A DNA stretch of 64,000 nt from an uncultured Gammaproteobacteria bacterium (GTDB taxonomy: Bacteria; Patescibacteriota; Patescibacteriia; Magasanikbacterales; GWA2-37-8): contig CAZINT010000002.1 of assembly GCA_964540825.1 (NCBI GenBank), positions 64,477 to 128,476 of the forward strand, in the 5' to 3' direction. Below are positions 37,638-47,942 of this stretch, one piece after another (the first letter of the stretch is position 1; every line of letters begins with the position of its first letter). A model generated the notes under the pieces. The model had not been told where the DNA came from, searched no databases, and saw only the letters and a program-made list of their open reading frames with translations. The translations under genes and the position numbers were made by a program.

Positions 37638-38429
37638 ATGTCTCTCGTCTTTGCGGCAATTGTGCCGCATCCCCCGCTCCTTATTCCGAGTATTGGCAAG
37701 GATGGCATTAAGAAGATTGACAAAACTAAACGCGCGCTTGAAAAAATGGAAGAAGACTTATACCTCAGCCACCCCGATACGATTATTATCTTTTCACCGC
37801 ACAGCCACGGGTTAAAAGAGGCATTCACCATCAATATTTCCCCCGACCACCAGAGCGATTTACGTGAATTTGGAGATTTAGCCACAACCATAAAGGTCAA
37901 AGGTGAACTCAACCTTATGAGCCAGTTGCGCAAAGCGGCTGAGGAGCAAAAAATTGCAACTGCGATGATAACAGAAAAAATAATGGATCACGGCCTGACG
38001 GTTCCCTTATACTACCTAACACCGCATCTTCCTAACGTGAGCGTGCTCCCGATCGGATTTTGTGACGCAGACCCAAAAACACACCTTGAATTTGGATCCC
38101 TCCTCAAAGACCAAATAATGAACAGCACCAAACGTGTAGCCGTAATTGCTTCGGGCGATTTGTCGCACGCCTTAACTACTGATGCGCCCGCAGGCTTTAG
38201 CCCGGCCGGAGCCGAGTTTGACGCTAAAGTACAACAGCTGCTCGCCAGTCAAAACACTACCGGACTCCTTCAATTAGACCCGGAGATAGTCAAAAATTCA
38301 GCCGAATGTGGTTTCCGCACCTTTCTTATGCTTATGGGGGTTTTGCGTGGCGTACATTATACTTATCAATCGTACGCCTATGAAGCTCCTTTTGGCGTCG
38401 GCTATTTAACTGCCAACTTCGCTATCTAA
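37638..38429 (+). CDS. LigB-family (class III extradiol dioxygenase-like / MEMO-like) protein
   Basis: N-terminal AIVPHPPLLIP and internal His residues typical of PF02900-type proteins; assignment from motif memory. Confidence 0.5.
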   Translation: MSLVFAAIVPHPPLLIPSIGKDGIKKIDKTKRALEKMEEDLYLSHPDTIIIFSPHSHGLKEAFTINISPDHQSDLREFGDLATTIKVKGELNLMSQLRKAAEEQKIATAMITEKIMDHGLTVPLYYLTPHLPNVSVLPIGFCDADPKTHLEFGSLLKDQIMNSTKRVAVIASGDLSHALTTDAPAGFSPAGAEFDAKVQQLLASQNTTGLLQLDPEIVKNSAECGFRTFLMLMGVLRGVHYTYQSYAYEAPFGVGYLTANFAI

Positions 38430-38436
38430 ATTTAGT

Positions 38437-40338
38437 ATGCCTTTTTGCCGAGTGATTGTGGCCGGTCGAATGCCGCTCAGCCTCCCTTTTTTTGATTATA
38501 CTATTCCCAAAGAACTTGAAAACAAGCTTGTGGTAGGCCAGCTTGTTAGCGTTCCATTTCGCGGCAAAGAAAACTATGCAGTTATTCACTCCTTCCCAAC
38601 CGAAATACCCTTTAAAAACGGCAAACCACTTCCGCTCAAAACGCTGAGCGGACTCGTCAATCCCATCCCCGCCTTTAGCACCTCGCAGTTAGACTTCCTC
38701 ATGGAGCTAGCCGAATTCTACGCTGTTTCGCCAGGGTTTATTATAAAGTCGGCTTTGTTTGAAATAAACAAGAAAAATAAAAACTTGTTTCAAAATTTAG
38801 AACAAATTGTTGCAAAGCAACGTAACGCTGAAGTGCAAAAACCCGTTTTGGCAGTATATGAAACTGAGGCAGAGAAAAAAGCGTTGCTCACCAAGAATCT
38901 TGGCACGGCCGGGCAAAAACTTATCTTAGTGCCTGAAGTGCACGAGATAGAAAAAACTGCCCGTTTACTCTTTGGCGATGAATATCTCGATCACTGCACA
39001 CTTTTGAGCAGCAACACAAAGCCGGCAGCAGCGACTAAAATCTGGCTCACCGTATGGCAAGGAAAGCCCCTAACGATGATAGCAACTCGCCGCGCGCTTT
39101 TTTTACCCTGGAATAATTTGCAGACTATTTGGCTGCTTGATGAGGGTAATTCAGACTACAAAAGCTGGGACATGGCACCGCGATTTGAAACGCGCGATGC
39201 TGTATTTTTTTTAAGCAAACACCACCTGGCTCAAGTCCACCTTATGAGTCATACGCCCAGCGTCGAAAGTTTTTTCTTTGCCAAAAAGCAAGTATACTCA
39301 TTTGCTACTGAAAAGCAAACACCGTTTACACCTGCTAAAACTGAAATAATTAACCTAAAAGATGAACAGCGGGGCGGTAATTATGGTTTTTTTGCAGACG
39401 AAACACTAGAACGTTTACGAACCGCTCTTACGGCAGGAAATGTTTTTATTCTTGCCAATCATCGCGGGAGTGTAAGCTCGGTGGTCTGCCATGATTGCGG
39501 TTTTGTGCCGCGCTGCCCGGCATGCAAAAGGCCTTACAGCTATCATGAAGATACCAAAGAATTGGTTTGTCATTTTTGCACAACACACAAACCCATGATC
39601 CTATTTTGTGAAAACTGCCGGGGAACCAATTTGGGGGCACGCGGTATCGGAACGCAAAAAGTTGAACGGGAACTCCGGCGCAAATTTAAAGATATTTTAG
39701 AAACACTCGCTTTTGTGCGTATCGACAGTGATTCCGAAGAAGTTCCTGTGTTTGACAGTGCAAAGAAAAATATTATTATTGGCACCGAGCGAGCACTCGG
39801 CTTTATTGACTGGAATAGTATTGCCTGTACCCTGCTGATTGATCCGGACACACTGCTGTTTATCCCTGAGTATAAAATTACCGAACGGCTCTGGCAAACC
39901 GTGCGCGCAATTGATTATGCTTCTCGAAACGGCTCACCTGTTTTGATCCAGACCAAACATCCTGAGCACGCTGTGTTTGAAAATCTCAGGAGACCAGAAC
40001 GGTTTTATGTAAAAGAATTGCAGCAACGCAAATTCTTCGAGTATCCGCCCTTTAGTTTTATCCTTAAGCTATCCTACGGGCATACCGAAAGCGCAAAAGC
40101 AGCAATGGAAGCCGAGCGTCTTTTTTTGACCCTAGAGCGATTGACGAAAGACTCAAAAATGTGTACACTAACCCATCCTTTGGCCACAATGCCAGAGTTT
40201 TACAAGAAGCGTTATTGGCAGGTTTTACTCCTTAAGGTAGACTATAGGAGCTATAAACGGACGATAAAAGAGCTGCTTAAAGCAGTCCCCGAGGAATGGA
40301 AAGTCGACCCTAATCCTACTTCATTACTTGGTTTTTAA
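38437..40338 (+). CDS. priA: primosomal protein N' (PriA)-like, with degenerate helicase ATPase motifs
   Basis: PriA Cys-rich zinc-binding region CHDCGFVPRCPACKRPYSYH...CHFCTTH...CENC; Walker A position reads VYETEAEKK and DExH box reads DEGN. Confidence 0.7.
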   Translation: MPFCRVIVAGRMPLSLPFFDYTIPKELENKLVVGQLVSVPFRGKENYAVIHSFPTEIPFKNGKPLPLKTLSGLVNPIPAFSTSQLDFLMELAEFYAVSPGFIIKSALFEINKKNKNLFQNLEQIVAKQRNAEVQKPVLAVYETEAEKKALLTKNLGTAGQKLILVPEVHEIEKTARLLFGDEYLDHCTLLSSNTKPAAATKIWLTVWQGKPLTMIATRRALFLPWNNLQTIWLLDEGNSDYKSWDMAPRFETRDAVFFLSKHHLAQVHLMSHTPSVESFFFAKKQVYSFATEKQTPFTPAKTEIINLKDEQRGGNYGFFADETLERLRTALTAGNVFILANHRGSVSSVVCHDCGFVPRCPACKRPYSYHEDTKELVCHFCTTHKPMILFCENCRGTNLGARGIGTQKVERELRRKFKDILETLAFVRIDSDSEEVPVFDSAKKNIIIGTERALGFIDWNSIACTLLIDPDTLLFIPEYKITERLWQTVRAIDYASRNGSPVLIQTKHPEHAVFENLRRPERFYVKELQQRKFFEYPPFSFILKLSYGHTESAKAAMEAERLFLTLERLTKDSKMCTLTHPLATMPEFYKKRYWQVLLLKVDYRSYKRTIKELLKAVPEEWKVDPNPTSLLGF

Positions 40339-40368
40339 TTTTCTTCTATCCAACAGTGAACAACGTAT

Positions 40369-40869
40369 ATGATCTACGACATCGTATTTGATCCAAATCC
40401 CATTTTACACAAACGCAGCAGCGATATTGACCCCAAGGAAATCGGATCGAAAGACATGCAAAAGTTTGTAAAAGATATGGTTGAAACCATGTATGCCAAA
40501 GACGGCGTTGGACTTGCCGCTGTTCAGATTGGCGTATCCAAACAAATGTGCGTGATCGCTAAAGAGTATAACGAACTGAACAAACGCAAATGCCTCACCC
40601 TTATTAATCCTACCTGGGTAGCCTTATCAAAAAAAACGGTTTGGGACGAAGAAGGATGCTTATCGGTCCCCGGCATCTACGGACAAGTGAAGCGGTATAC
40701 AAAAATTAAAGTAAAAGCGCTTGATGAACACGGCAAACCGCTCGATTTTATCGCCGAAGACTTTTTTGCCCGTATTGTGCAGCATGAAGCTGACCACTTG
40801 AACGGAACACTCTTTATTGAAAAAGCTAAGGACCTCAGAAAAATTGATAAAGATCAAATTGGTATTTAA
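40369..40869 (+). CDS. def: peptide deformylase
   Basis: motifs GVGLAAVQIG, EGCLSVPG, HEADHLNG. Confidence 0.95.
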   Translation: MIYDIVFDPNPILHKRSSDIDPKEIGSKDMQKFVKDMVETMYAKDGVGLAAVQIGVSKQMCVIAKEYNELNKRKCLTLINPTWVALSKKTVWDEEGCLSVPGIYGQVKRYTKIKVKALDEHGKPLDFIAEDFFARIVQHEADHLNGTLFIEKAKDLRKIDKDQIGI

Positions 40870-40875
40870 TATTCT

Positions 40876-41808
40876 ATGGCTCAGCTCCCCAAAATTACTT
40901 TCTTCGGCACACATGATTTTGGCGCAGCGATGCTGACCGCCCTTATTTCGAGCGGTCTTTTTGTTGTTGAAGCAGTGGTGACCCAGCCCGACAGGCCGGC
41001 CGGGCGAGGCAACGAACTACATGAATCGGCTGTCAAAAAAATTGCTCTGCAAAATAATCTGCCAATTATTCAGCCCGAAACACTTAAAAAAGAAAATTGT
41101 ACCGCCGAATTTCCAGTTTCCGACCTCTTTGTTGTCTGTCAGTACGGTCTTATCATCCCACAATGGGTGCTCGATATTCCGAAAAAAGGTACTATTAACG
41201 TGCACACTTCTCTACTTCCAAAATATCGCGGCGCATCACCTATTCAAACCGCACTCCTTAATGGTGAGACTGAAACCGGGGTGACAATCATGCTCATGGA
41301 CGCCAAAATGGATCACGGCGCAATTTTGGCTCAGCAAAATCTGGCTATTCTGCCTGACGAAACATATCCAGAGCTGAGTAAAAAAATGGAACCCCTTGCA
41401 GCAAACCTCCTTATTATCACATTGCCGCTCTGGTTGACAGACTCCCTCACTCCCGAAGCACAAGATGAGTCAGCGGCAACACACTGCCGCATGTTTACAC
41501 GCGAGGATGGTAAAATTGATTTCACGAGATCAGCTACAGAAATTTATAACCAGTACCGCGGACTTACCCCCTGGCCCGGTATTTGGACGACGTGGAACCG
41601 GAAGCGCTTGAAACTACTAAAAATTAAAAAGTCCATTCACTCAGGAGAACCCGGTAAAGTAATTTCAGAAGGTGGAAAATTATACATTGGGTGCAAGTCT
41701 GGTTCGCTTGAAATTGTTGAACTTCAACTTGAAGGCAAAAAAGCCATGACCTCCCAAGAATTTTTAAATGGTTTTAAAGAGTTTAATTCTTCGCAACTGC
41801 CTTCCTAA
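40876..41808 (+). CDS. fmt: methionyl-tRNA formyltransferase
   Basis: N-terminal formyltransferase domain with HTSLLPKYRGASPIQ; C-terminal domain. Confidence 0.9.
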   Translation: MAQLPKITFFGTHDFGAAMLTALISSGLFVVEAVVTQPDRPAGRGNELHESAVKKIALQNNLPIIQPETLKKENCTAEFPVSDLFVVCQYGLIIPQWVLDIPKKGTINVHTSLLPKYRGASPIQTALLNGETETGVTIMLMDAKMDHGAILAQQNLAILPDETYPELSKKMEPLAANLLIITLPLWLTDSLTPEAQDESAATHCRMFTREDGKIDFTRSATEIYNQYRGLTPWPGIWTTWNRKRLKLLKIKKSIHSGEPGKVISEGGKLYIGCKSGSLEIVELQLEGKKAMTSQEFLNGFKEFNSSQLPS

Positions 41809-43227
41809 ATGAACTTCAAACACCTGAGGTACTACTTGTTTACAGCCTACCTCCTTGTGCGAGGGGTTTCTTTTTTTTACCCTCCTGATACTCCGCTTCA
41901 CAGCGCATCGATAGTCAACATGCTTGTTGCCGGAATCTTGATTATAGCCACAGCGTACCTGCTGATTAAAAAAAATGTGTGGGGATGGTACGTAGTCGCG
42001 AGCGAAATAATTCTAGGCGGAGCAGGTAATTTTTTTGCTCTGGGCGGCGTGTCGCTTCGAACGTGCCTGTTATTTCTTTCCTTGGGAATATTTTTTGTTC
42101 AAAATTTTGGTAACCTTAAAAATCTTTACAGAGAAAATAAAACCTTTATTTACACCCTTAGCGCACTCTATGCCGTGGCGGCCCTAGCAGCAGTGCGCGG
42201 CGCTGTGGCCGGGCATGGTTTTGGAGCAGTTTTTGCCGATACTATTCCCTACTTGTTTTTTCTGTATTATTTTCCTATCCGGCAACTGCTCGATTCTGAC
42301 CACAGCGAAGACTTTAAAAATTTCGTACAAACAGGTGCGATTGCAGCGATTATTGGCAACGCTCTCTTTATACTTTTTACGCTTTTTGCCTTTTCGAGCG
42401 GCCTTAGTGCGCTCCAGGGAACCTTGTACCACTGGTTCCGCGATGTGGCGGGCGGGAAAATCACCGAACTGCCATTTCATTTCTACCGCATCGTACTTAA
42501 TGAACAAGTAATACTTATTCCACTCATTCTCTGGCAATTCAACAGCATGCTTCAGCGAACAGGCAGAAAATGGTTAAGCATTACGTTGACTGCATCACTC
42601 TTAATTATCCTCTCACTCAATCTAACCCGTAGTTTTATTTTAGCACTGGGGGTCGGCATACTTTTGGTGTTCAGACCAAAAATATGGAAACGCTGGTTGG
42701 TGGGCAGCATCGTTCTAGCCACTTCGTTTATTGCTATTTTTATCGGCATTCACCTGACTGCCAGTCGAGGACAAAGTCTTGGCCTTGAAATTTTCGGACT
42801 GCGCCTGCAAAGCATTGTTACACCATCAATGGAAGAAAGTTCGCTTAGCCGACTTTTACTCTTACCAAAAATTGTAGATAAAATTAAGGCTAGTCCAATT
42901 ATTGGCGACGGGCTTGCTGACACAGTCACGGTCTATAGTCCGGTAGTAAAAAAAGAAATTACCACCTCGCAGTTTGATTGGGGGTATCTTGAAATCTGGG
43001 CCGAACTCGGGCTGGTTGGCCTTGTTGCCTGGGGATCACTACTCCTCTACCTCAGCCTTCAACTAAAAAAGGATCGCTTCGTGCCTGCTTGGAAACTTGG
43101 CAGTACCGTAGGGATCCTCATTATTACCCTTACTTCACCCGCACTTTTTCATGTGCTTGGAATTGTTTGGTTGGCAACAGTAGCCGCTACTCAGTCAATC
43201 CGTGTTTCTCAAAAATCTTTTTCTTAG
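41809..43227 (+). CDS. polytopic membrane protein, O-antigen ligase / Wzy-like
   Basis: 10 or more TM helices, large periplasmic loop near C-terminus; adjacent to glycosyltransferases and a Wzx flippase. Confidence 0.5.
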   Translation: MNFKHLRYYLFTAYLLVRGVSFFYPPDTPLHSASIVNMLVAGILIIATAYLLIKKNVWGWYVVASEIILGGAGNFFALGGVSLRTCLLFLSLGIFFVQNFGNLKNLYRENKTFIYTLSALYAVAALAAVRGAVAGHGFGAVFADTIPYLFFLYYFPIRQLLDSDHSEDFKNFVQTGAIAAIIGNALFILFTLFAFSSGLSALQGTLYHWFRDVAGGKITELPFHFYRIVLNEQVILIPLILWQFNSMLQRTGRKWLSITLTASLLIILSLNLTRSFILALGVGILLVFRPKIWKRWLVGSIVLATSFIAIFIGIHLTASRGQSLGLEIFGLRLQSIVTPSMEESSLSRLLLLPKIVDKIKASPIIGDGLADTVTVYSPVVKKEITTSQFDWGYLEIWAELGLVGLVAWGSLLLYLSLQLKKDRFVPAWKLGSTVGILIITLTSPALFHVLGIVWLATVAATQSIRVSQKSFS

Positions 43228-43945
43228 CGAGTTCGTAGGAAGCCATATTTTTATTCTTCCACGGCATCTTGTACATGAAACTCGGCAACCAGGAACTGAT
43301 TTTAATTTCATCACGCTCGCCTATGAGCTTGGTAAACAACACTTCAGGGATAAATATACCCGTCTTATTTTGAGCTAAAAGCGTAAGCCACATATCCCAA
43401 TCCTGAAAGCGTTTAAGGCTTTCGTCAAATCCCGGGAACGCCTCGCGGCGCAGTAAACTGGTGGTATCAATATAGTTTGTTTTCTTAAGTTCTTCGGGAT
43501 TAAACGGCGCGGAGCGCATAGTCTTCCAGCCAAACTTAAATCGGCTATACGTATAAGAATTCTCAGGATGATCAAGAAGTGTTTGATGCATTTTGGCAAT
43601 CATTTCAGGCTCAGCAACCGTATCGGCGTCCCAAAAAATAACAAAATTTCCTGATGATTTTTTAAAGCCTCGATTGCGCGCTGCTGCCGGACCTTGATTT
43701 TCCTGATTAAGTATAACCAGCGGAAATTCATTTTTTTCACCAAAGTCTTGAAGTATCGGCAATAGCAAATCAAAACCGTCGGTACTGCCATCGTTAACGA
43801 TAACCACTTCAAGGGGTCGATAGGTCTGATTAATCAAACTTTCCAGGCTTGTTTTAAGCGCGTCTGCGTGATTGTATACTGGAATTATGATGCTTATAAG
43901 GTCATTCATAGGGAACGGGAAAATTTCAATAGTTGTTTTTGCCAC
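43187..43945 (-). CDS. glycosyltransferase family 2
   Basis: ISIIIPVYNHADALKTSLESLINQTY and VIVNDGSTDG (DxD region). Confidence 0.85.
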   Translation of the reverse strand: MAKTTIEIFPFPMNDLISIIIPVYNHADALKTSLESLINQTYRPLEVVIVNDGSTDGFDLLLPILQDFGEKNEFPLVILNQENQGPAAARNRGFKKSSGNFVIFWDADTVAEPEMIAKMHQTLLDHPENSYTYSRFKFGWKTMRSAPFNPEELKKTNYIDTTSLLRREAFPGFDESLKRFQDWDMWLTLLAQNKTGIFIPEVLFTKLIGERDEIKISSWLPSFMYKMPWKNKNMASYELAKKKIFEKHGLTE

Positions 43946-45033
43946 GTGTATTCGTTCTGTGCACGCGTTTTAGCTGCTTGGCCGAGCGATGTAGCTTGTG
44001 CCGGGTCAAGCAAAAGATCCGAGATAGCTGCGAGCATTGCTTCTTCGTTCGTGGGAGGCACTACGCGACCGGTAACCTTGTCGAGTACAGCTTCAGGAAC
44101 ACCACCGACTCCGCCCGCAACCACCGCGAGCCCACTGGCAGCAGCTTCCATGAAAACGGTTCCCCACCCTTCTTCGGTGGTGCTATCCGAACCTGCAAGC
44201 AACACAAACAGATCCGCAAGCTGATAGAACACCGGGAGTTCAAGCTGGTCAACTGAACCCAAAAACCTAATGACATGTTGCACGTTTGTTTTTGTTGCCA
44301 TCTCCACAATTCGGGCTTTTTCCGGCCCGTCGCCAATACAAATCCACACTAAATCCGGGAATTTTTCGAGGAGGCGCGGCAAAAGCCGGGTCAGAGTCGC
44401 ATACCCTTTACCAGGAACCATGCGACCAACACTCAGGAGTACTTTTTTACCCTGCAAAGCTAATTGAGATTTAAGTTTTTTAATTTTTTCCGAGTCTACT
44501 GTTTCAAAAAAATAATCAGCGGGAGCCGGATTAAGCACGCGAACCGGGGTTGGCAAAAAAATTGCTTTAGTAAATTTTTCAGCTAAAAACGAACTGTTAA
44601 CTACGACACTATGCGCTTCGGAAACAATTTTAATAAGATGCTTCCGTTTACGAGGGAAGGCAAGTGCATGGTCAAGATCTGTTCCATGCAGAAAAACTAT
44701 ATAGGGAACCTTGAAGAGCTTCTTAATGATTCGAGCAACATGCCCGCCCGGCAAAACTTGATGGACATAGATGGTGGCAATGGTCTCTTTTTTGACGATG
44801 CGGTAAACCTGCCACAGCATGCGTAGCCAATGGGGCCAGAGCAGCCAATACGGTTTATGACGAAAAACTTTCCAGGCATTCGCTGCATCAAATGATGCAG
44901 AACCTTTTATTTCTGGCGCATACACTATCGTTTCTTCAGCCAAAGTATGAGCGGCAAAATTGTAAACATAACTAGCAATACCACCAATTTGGGGTGGATA
45001 CTCAAGTGTAAGATGCAGTGTTTTATATATCAT
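43906..45033 (-). CDS. glycosyltransferase family 4 (GT-B fold)
   Basis: C-terminal EGWGTVFMEAAASGLAVVAGGVGGVPE motif. Confidence 0.85.
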   Translation of the reverse strand: MIYKTLHLTLEYPPQIGGIASYVYNFAAHTLAEETIVYAPEIKGSASFDAANAWKVFRHKPYWLLWPHWLRMLWQVYRIVKKETIATIYVHQVLPGGHVARIIKKLFKVPYIVFLHGTDLDHALAFPRKRKHLIKIVSEAHSVVVNSSFLAEKFTKAIFLPTPVRVLNPAPADYFFETVDSEKIKKLKSQLALQGKKVLLSVGRMVPGKGYATLTRLLPRLLEKFPDLVWICIGDGPEKARIVEMATKTNVQHVIRFLGSVDQLELPVFYQLADLFVLLAGSDSTTEEGWGTVFMEAAASGLAVVAGGVGGVPEAVLDKVTGRVVPPTNEEAMLAAISDLLLDPAQATSLGQAAKTRAQNEYTWQKQLLKFSRSL

Positions 45034-46463
45034 GTACGACGAAGTTTAAAACGAAATTCCTGAAGCATGGCCTTCGTAAGGCCGCCAGAAACATACAGAA
45101 GTGCGCCATAGCATACCACAGCCACAGGAATCGTAAAGAGCCAGTGGATACGCGGCTCCAGCAGCCACACGAGACCCCCCATGCCGGCCGCAGGCCAGAA
45201 AGTCTGATTGAAAAAACGGGCAAAATCTTTAAAGGGAAATGAAATTATTTTAACAATCGCAATAAATCCAACCAACCAAAGCATTAGATTGCTTATAAAC
45301 GCGGCCAAGGCAGCTCCACGAATACCAAAGCGAGGCAACATGATCAGATTAAGTGCCACGTTTATGACAAGTGCCATTGTGATTAACAGTGTTTGCGTTT
45401 TCTGTCTTCCAACAGCATTAAATAAAGCTCCATTAATAAGCGTCAAAAAAATAAAGACAAGCCCGGCTAATAAAATCTGCAACACCGGAATTGCCGGAGT
45501 ATATTTTATTCCATAAAAAGCTACGATAACCGGACGCGCCAAAACTCCAAGCCCGATAGCTAACGGAAATATAATCGTGAATAAATAACGATACGCTTTG
45601 GTAATCAGTTCCCCTATTTTACCCGGTTCTGTCAAAAACAAAGAACTAATTACTGGATACAAACTCGCCGCCAGAGCAACGGGAATAAACTGAAAAGCAA
45701 AGGTTGTTTTATACGGAACACTCCATAACCCCAACTCTAGAGGCGAAACCATTTTGGACATTAAAAGCGAGTCACTGTACGCGTAGAGGCGGCCAATTAC
45801 GCCAGCTAGAGCTATGGGCCAAGCAAGTTTTAAAAATGATGTGGCTATAGTGCTGTCAAAAGCATGCCTTAAGCTCATCGACTGCAAACGCCGCGCGACG
45901 ATGCTGGCATACACCAAATTACACAAGCTGGGAACTGTATAAGCAATAATAAGCGAGTACAGCGGCCAACGAAGATACAGGGCAAGCCCTCCAATGCCAA
46001 GCGTAAGCAATTGTGAAGAAACCATGCCAATAGCTTCAAAAAATAAATTTTTACGCGCACGCAGCACGCTGTAAAAAACAGTTTGTAAATTATCAAAAAA
46101 CATGGTTATACCAGACAGGCAAACAAGGAGTTTGAGCGACGCTGGATACTTTAAAATTTCAAGGGCGCTGAGTACTAATCCATACGCTAAAAAACCGAAT
46201 ATAATTTTTAACCAAAAAACTGTTGCGGCATAGGTACTGCTTTTTTCCGGAAACTGAGCCGCTTCGCGAGTGAGCGTATTTGCCAACCCAAAATCCGCCA
46301 CAACGCTAAAAATGGTTGTGAACGTTAAGGCAAAAAAATATTGACCGACATTTTCTACCCCCACCACCCGAGCCAAAAGCGTAAAATAAAAAAAGGAAAT
46401 AACCTTTTGGAGGACAGATGCGGCGGTTAAAAAAGACGTGTTTTGAGCAACAGAATACGCCAT
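45030..46463 (-). CDS. polysaccharide biosynthesis protein, Wzx-type flippase (MOP superfamily)
   Basis: 12-14 TM helices, MATE/Wzx-like N-terminus MAYSVAQNTSFLTAASVLQKVISFFY. Confidence 0.8.
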   Translation of the reverse strand: MAYSVAQNTSFLTAASVLQKVISFFYFTLLARVVGVENVGQYFFALTFTTIFSVVADFGLANTLTREAAQFPEKSSTYAATVFWLKIIFGFLAYGLVLSALEILKYPASLKLLVCLSGITMFFDNLQTVFYSVLRARKNLFFEAIGMVSSQLLTLGIGGLALYLRWPLYSLIIAYTVPSLCNLVYASIVARRLQSMSLRHAFDSTIATSFLKLAWPIALAGVIGRLYAYSDSLLMSKMVSPLELGLWSVPYKTTFAFQFIPVALAASLYPVISSLFLTEPGKIGELITKAYRYLFTIIFPLAIGLGVLARPVIVAFYGIKYTPAIPVLQILLAGLVFIFLTLINGALFNAVGRQKTQTLLITMALVINVALNLIMLPRFGIRGAALAAFISNLMLWLVGFIAIVKIISFPFKDFARFFNQTFWPAAGMGGLVWLLEPRIHWLFTIPVAVVCYGALLYVSGGLTKAMLQEFRFKLRRT

Positions 46464-46469
46464 GTAAAA

Positions 46470-46492
46470 AAGCTAGGAATACATCCTAGCTT
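46470..46492 (-). other. hairpin with T-run immediately upstream of the wzx start codon (terminator-like but leaves no room for a wzx promoter)
   Basis: AAGCTAGGA-ataca-TCCTAGCTT; on the minus strand followed by TTTTTT then ACATG (wzx ATG). Confidence 0.4.
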
Positions 46493-46536
46493 ACCAGATA
46501 CTGAGGTTTTTATCCATTGAACGAAGAAGGCACCCC

Positions 46537-46585
46537 CTTTCCCCCGTCTTAAAGTATAAAGCGGGTCGGGGGTGCCGAGATGCTC
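46537..46585. repeat. 49-nt GC-rich hairpin at the boundary of a GC-rich island
   Basis: GGCACCCCC (46537-46545) / GGGGGTGCC (46577-46585) perfect 9-bp arms, inner CCCG/CGGG. Confidence 0.5.
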
Positions 46586-46587
46586 CT

Positions 46588-46821
46588 CTAGTGCTGGAGC
46601 GGAACGAGGCGCTTGAGCTGCCCCGGGCGGCGCTTGGCGATCCGGGCCAAACGTTCCTGGCTACTCAGCCCGCGCTTGCGCTGGAGGATCGTCCGCGGCG
46701 GGTGACGCATCGTCCACTCGCCCTCACCACGGGTTCGTGCCCGCGGTTCACGCCTTAGTCGGCGTTCTTTCTTCTCCTTTCGCCGACCCTTTTCACGTCC
46801 CGGAACTTTTTCTCGTACCAT
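46588..46821 (-). CDS. very basic Arg/Lys-rich small protein (77 aa) in a GC-rich island
   Basis: SD AAGGAGG 5 nt before ATG 46821; promoter TTGACG-N17-TGgTATAGC upstream; about 40% R+K; no recognisable domain. Confidence 0.4.
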   Translation of the reverse strand: MVREKVPGREKGRRKEKKERRLRREPRARTRGEGEWTMRHPPRTILQRKRGLSSQERLARIAKRRPGQLKRLVPLQH

Positions 46822-47026
46822 TCGCTCCTCCTTATAAGAAGCCTTTGGATGCTATACCAAAATTGACCAGCTCGTCAAGCACTTGAGGTCATAAAAAATC
46901 TCATGGTACATAAGCAAAAATACCCTAAGATTAGTGGAGTACGCACTGTCGTACTCCCCAGGCTGCTTATTGAGAGCAGCGAGTCAACAAAGTCCCGGTC
47001 CGCGATCGCAGCGGACAGATCACGTA

Positions 47027-47515
47027 CTAGGGCACCGAATACGGAAACAGGTCGTTCCAAAGACCCTCTGTGCACTCGTTCGCACCTGTATACGCACGAA
47101 GCGTTATGTGGCCCTGCGCATCAACCAGCAGGCAGATCGGATACGGAACCAGCCAGCCCTTTTGTGCGAACAATTTACACCGCTCGTGATCTTTGCGCAG
47201 CTCGCAAAAGCGTGTCGAGATATCACGTCGGAACAGTTCCCATTCTTCTTGCGCTTCATTACCTGTGCCTTCTTCTTTGTGCACCGACGAGACGCTGATG
47301 AGTCCCGGGTGTTCATCGGCACGGGTTTTGAGCCAACCCATCGTCCACCAGCAAGCTTCGCAGTGGTTTCCCCCAAGAACTACAACCTCGTACTTCGTTT
47401 TTACCACAGGCTCGCTGTAGTTAAGTTGTTTCGCAACGAGCACGTGGCCCACAAACAGAATCGAAAAGAGGCCCGAGAAAAGCAAGAAAACTCTTGATTT
47501 GAGTAGCGTTGCCAT
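47027..47515 (-). CDS. secreted protein with CxxC motif (HCEACW), possible thiol-disulfide oxidoreductase-like
   Basis: signal peptide MATLLKSRVFLLFSGLFSILFVGHVLVA; VVVLGGNHCEACWW resembles a thioredoxin-fold active site; SD GGGGAAG before ATG; GC about 55%. Confidence 0.45.
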   Translation of the reverse strand: MATLLKSRVFLLFSGLFSILFVGHVLVAKQLNYSEPVVKTKYEVVVLGGNHCEACWWTMGWLKTRADEHPGLISVSSVHKEEGTGNEAQEEWELFRRDISTRFCELRKDHERCKLFAQKGWLVPYPICLLVDAQGHITLRAYTGANECTEGLWNDLFPYSVP

Positions 47516-47669
47516 CGTCTTCCCCGATTGTAAGGTTCAAGTTGACGCATTGCACGCTAGCACTTTTTTATACTTTTGAAAAGGGTTTTGGTGGATAAAA
47601 AAGCAGCTATTGCACTTTATTAAAAAACCATTTACCATTCTTAACAAGCAATCTACCCGGGAGTAAACG

Positions 47670-47879
47670 ATGACACTCGAACAGATGTTTGTAGAGTGCT
47701 CAAACCTGGCAGAAGGTGAAACAAAGACCTTTGTCTTCCCGCGGCCTGTAGCTCGCCGAAAGGTAGCTCGTCTGGCTGAACGCGTTATGGCTGAAAAACT
47801 TCGCCAAGGCGGCTATCACTCGGTCACGATTGACGGGCTGCACGATCGGTGGACTGCGACCTGCATTCCGGTCATTTAA
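47670..47879 (+). CDS. hypothetical small protein (69 aa) in the GC-rich island
   Basis: GGGAG 7 nt before ATG; divergent from the 47027-47515 gene; no recognisable domain. Confidence 0.35.
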   Translation: MTLEQMFVECSNLAEGETKTFVFPRPVARRKVARLAERVMAEKLRQGGYHSVTIDGLHDRWTATCIPVI

Positions 47880-47920
47880 TTATTGCTTTTTACGGCAGAA
47901 CATATCCAAACAGTTCCTTC

Positions 47921-47942
47921 CAGCTCCCACAACCGGGAGCTG
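47921..47942 (+). terminator. GC-rich hairpin after the 69-aa ORF
   Basis: CAGCTCCC-acaacc-GGGAGCTG followed by TTCTATTT. Confidence 0.4.

Noticed and set aside
46903-47497. Plus-strand ORFs 46903-47298 and 46934-47497 as alternatives to the minus-strand 47027-47515 gene
   Set aside because: The plus-strand translations lack start-site signals and have no protein-like features. The minus-strand ORF has a signal peptide, an SD and a CxxC motif. GC-rich sequence inflates ORF length in all frames, so residual uncertainty remains.
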